Both the position numbers and the translations under genes were made by a program. Positions 62,746 to 64,000 of a DNA stretch of 64,000 nt are shown here, in pieces. The stretch comes from Bacteroides uniformis (GTDB taxonomy: Bacteria > Bacillota_I > Bacilli_A > RFN20 > CAG-288), in the NCBI GenBank assembly GCA_963600815.1, contig CAVCCX010000001.1:39001-103000 (forward strand). The letters are read 5' to 3'. How positions within the stretch are numbered: the stretch's first letter is position 1; every line of letters starts with the position of its first letter. The notes under the pieces were generated by a model. The model had not been told where the DNA came from, searched no databases, and saw only the letters and a list, made by a program, of their open reading frames with translations.

Positions 62746-63442
62746 GTTCTAATTTTCAAATCCACGCATGGCCTTTCAGAGAGTACATTTGCTTTTCTCA
62801 TCATGATTTCTTCTCTTTTTCACAATTTCATAAAGAACTGAAACATCTGGAGAAGAACCAAACATATCATTCTCATACATGTTCAATGGAGAGACATTAT
62901 TTCGGTTCTCCAATTCAAACAGGAATTCTATATTTTCTTTTAAGTCCCGATTTGCACATGCGTGGTTTTTGTAGGCTGCTCACAGTTGTTCTTGTAGTAT
63001 GTTTTGGCCCCTGAAGAGTCATATCAAAATCAGATTCGTTGCACTTCCAATCGTTTTCTGGAGTGCGAATCGGTAGGATTAAAATAAATGCTTTTTACAA
63101 ATTCTTAATGAATTTCATTTCGAAACAATTCTTATGCAATAGAGCATATCCAGTCATGATATAAAGATTTTCAGAATCCTATTCAACCCATAAGGGAGTA
63201 CCGGCAGAATTGATGAAAGTTTCATGAAAGTGAGGGCTTTAGTCAAAAAATGGATGAGCTATTGTGTCGAATTGTCGGAAAAGCCCGAAATCAAGGGACT
63301 TTTCACCACGCATCTGCAAATCGGGAATTTTTCTTTTTTTTGAATTTGTCTTTTTCTATATCATTCAAAGTCATACAAAAAGCAGCCACAAAGAAACTTT
63401 TTACGATCTATTCATGGCAGCGATGGTTCGAATGATTTATCC

Positions 63443-64000
63443 CTACAACTTGATATGCCACGGCGTACCGCAGACATAAATCGGCGTCAATTCAGCCTGG
63501 ATGAGAGGCAAGGCATATTCGATGAAGTCCTTGGTCATCTGCATATGATCCGGTGTCATCCAATCAAGCGGAACCTTCTTTTCATAGTTGGCGACAAGAT
63601 GGATATCGACCAGTTTGGTCGTTGCCTGATATGGGGCATTGGAAAGTCTTTCGATGGCGACAAATTTTCCAGTCTCGCCTTCGAATGCGGCTTTGACGGC
63701 AGCACCACCGACCTGATAGGCTTCCGTGATATCGGTTCTGGATGTCATATGTCCCGCACATCTCTGAAGAATGGAAAGTTCGATGGAACGTGTCTTGGTC
63801 GGAATGCTCTTTCGGACCAGGTTGGCAAGATAACGGGCAGTCCCCGTCAGCTGCTTATGTCCGAAGGCATCCTCATCATGGCCATCATCATTCAGTTCGC
63901 AGACATATCTTCCATCCGGAAGCTTCACACCTTCCGAGACAGCGATGACGATGCTCTTCTTCTGTGCCTTCAGGGCAGCGACTTTCTTCAGGAATCCTTC
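63443..64000 (-). CDS. PFK-family paralog. Only the C-terminal part lies in the window; the gene continues past 64000.
   Basis: The C-terminus IELSILQRCAGHM...GETGKFVAIER... is colinear with the C-terminus of the 20545-21753 PFK (IELSVLNRSSGFL...GETGIMIALGR). The reading frame is open to the window end. Confidence 0.6.
   Translation of the reverse strand, partial: EGFLKKVAALKAQKKSIVIAVSEGVKLPDGRYVCELNDDGHDEDAFGHKQLTGTARYLANLVRKSIPTKTRSIELSILQRCAGHMTSRTDITEAYQVGGAAVKAAFEGETGKFVAIERLSNAPYQATTKLVDIHLVANYEKKVPLDWMTPDHMQMTKDFIEYALPLIQAELTPIYVCGTPWHIKL

Noticed and set aside
62676-63014. 112-aa ORF in the long non-coding segment.
   Set aside because: No RBS, odd composition, no motif. It is treated as non-coding, though it is flagged as a possible decayed remnant in the findings.

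Overview
This is a chromosomal window from a low-GC Gram-positive (Firmicutes-type) bacterium, almost entirely protein-coding, with no rRNA, tRNA, CRISPR array or transposase detected. The gene content (hprK-lgt, whiA, a T-box leader, a guanine riboswitch, a large single-chain PurL, paired PFK paralogs) is compatible with a Clostridia/Erysipelotrichia-like organism, but taxonomy cannot be fixed from sequence alone.

The core backbone, with the minus-strand genes listed in window order (their transcription runs the other way), is:
- the str operon, rpsL-rpsG-fusA-tuf, with a perfect consensus sigma-A promoter
- a BI-1/YccA-like membrane protein
- the glycolytic block gap-pgk-tpiA, adjacent to whiA
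- trxB-lgt-hprK, uvrA, a PFK-family kinase, and a giant YfhO-like membrane protein
- NUDIX and vsr genes, and a polar amino-acid ABC transporter preceded by a probable T-box leader
- eno, and a nadM-type NMN adenylyltransferase with pncB
- uvrB and an S41 peptidase
- a complete plus-strand purEKLCFMNHDB operon behind a guanine riboswitch
- a second PFK-family paralog at the window edge

Between these sit accessory cassettes that look like defence or conflict modules:
- A three-gene, translationally coupled Lamassu-like (ABC-3C-type) system at 57879-60839: an effector with an HNH-like zinc motif, a small middle protein, and an SMC-like coiled-coil ABC ATPase. It is flanked divergently by three unknown coupled genes, one resembling DUF4417, and by an ORF-free segment of about 700 nt. 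This is the strongest candidate for a poorly described system.
- An operon encoding a membrane-anchored SIR2-like (PF13289-type) protein followed by two tandem RDD-like membrane paralogs.
- A YwqA-type SNF2 helicase with an overlapping 390-aa partner of unknown function.
- An HTH(XRE)-DUF3990-like fusion with a small overlapping partner.
- An orphan Vsr endonuclease coupled to a NUDIX gene.
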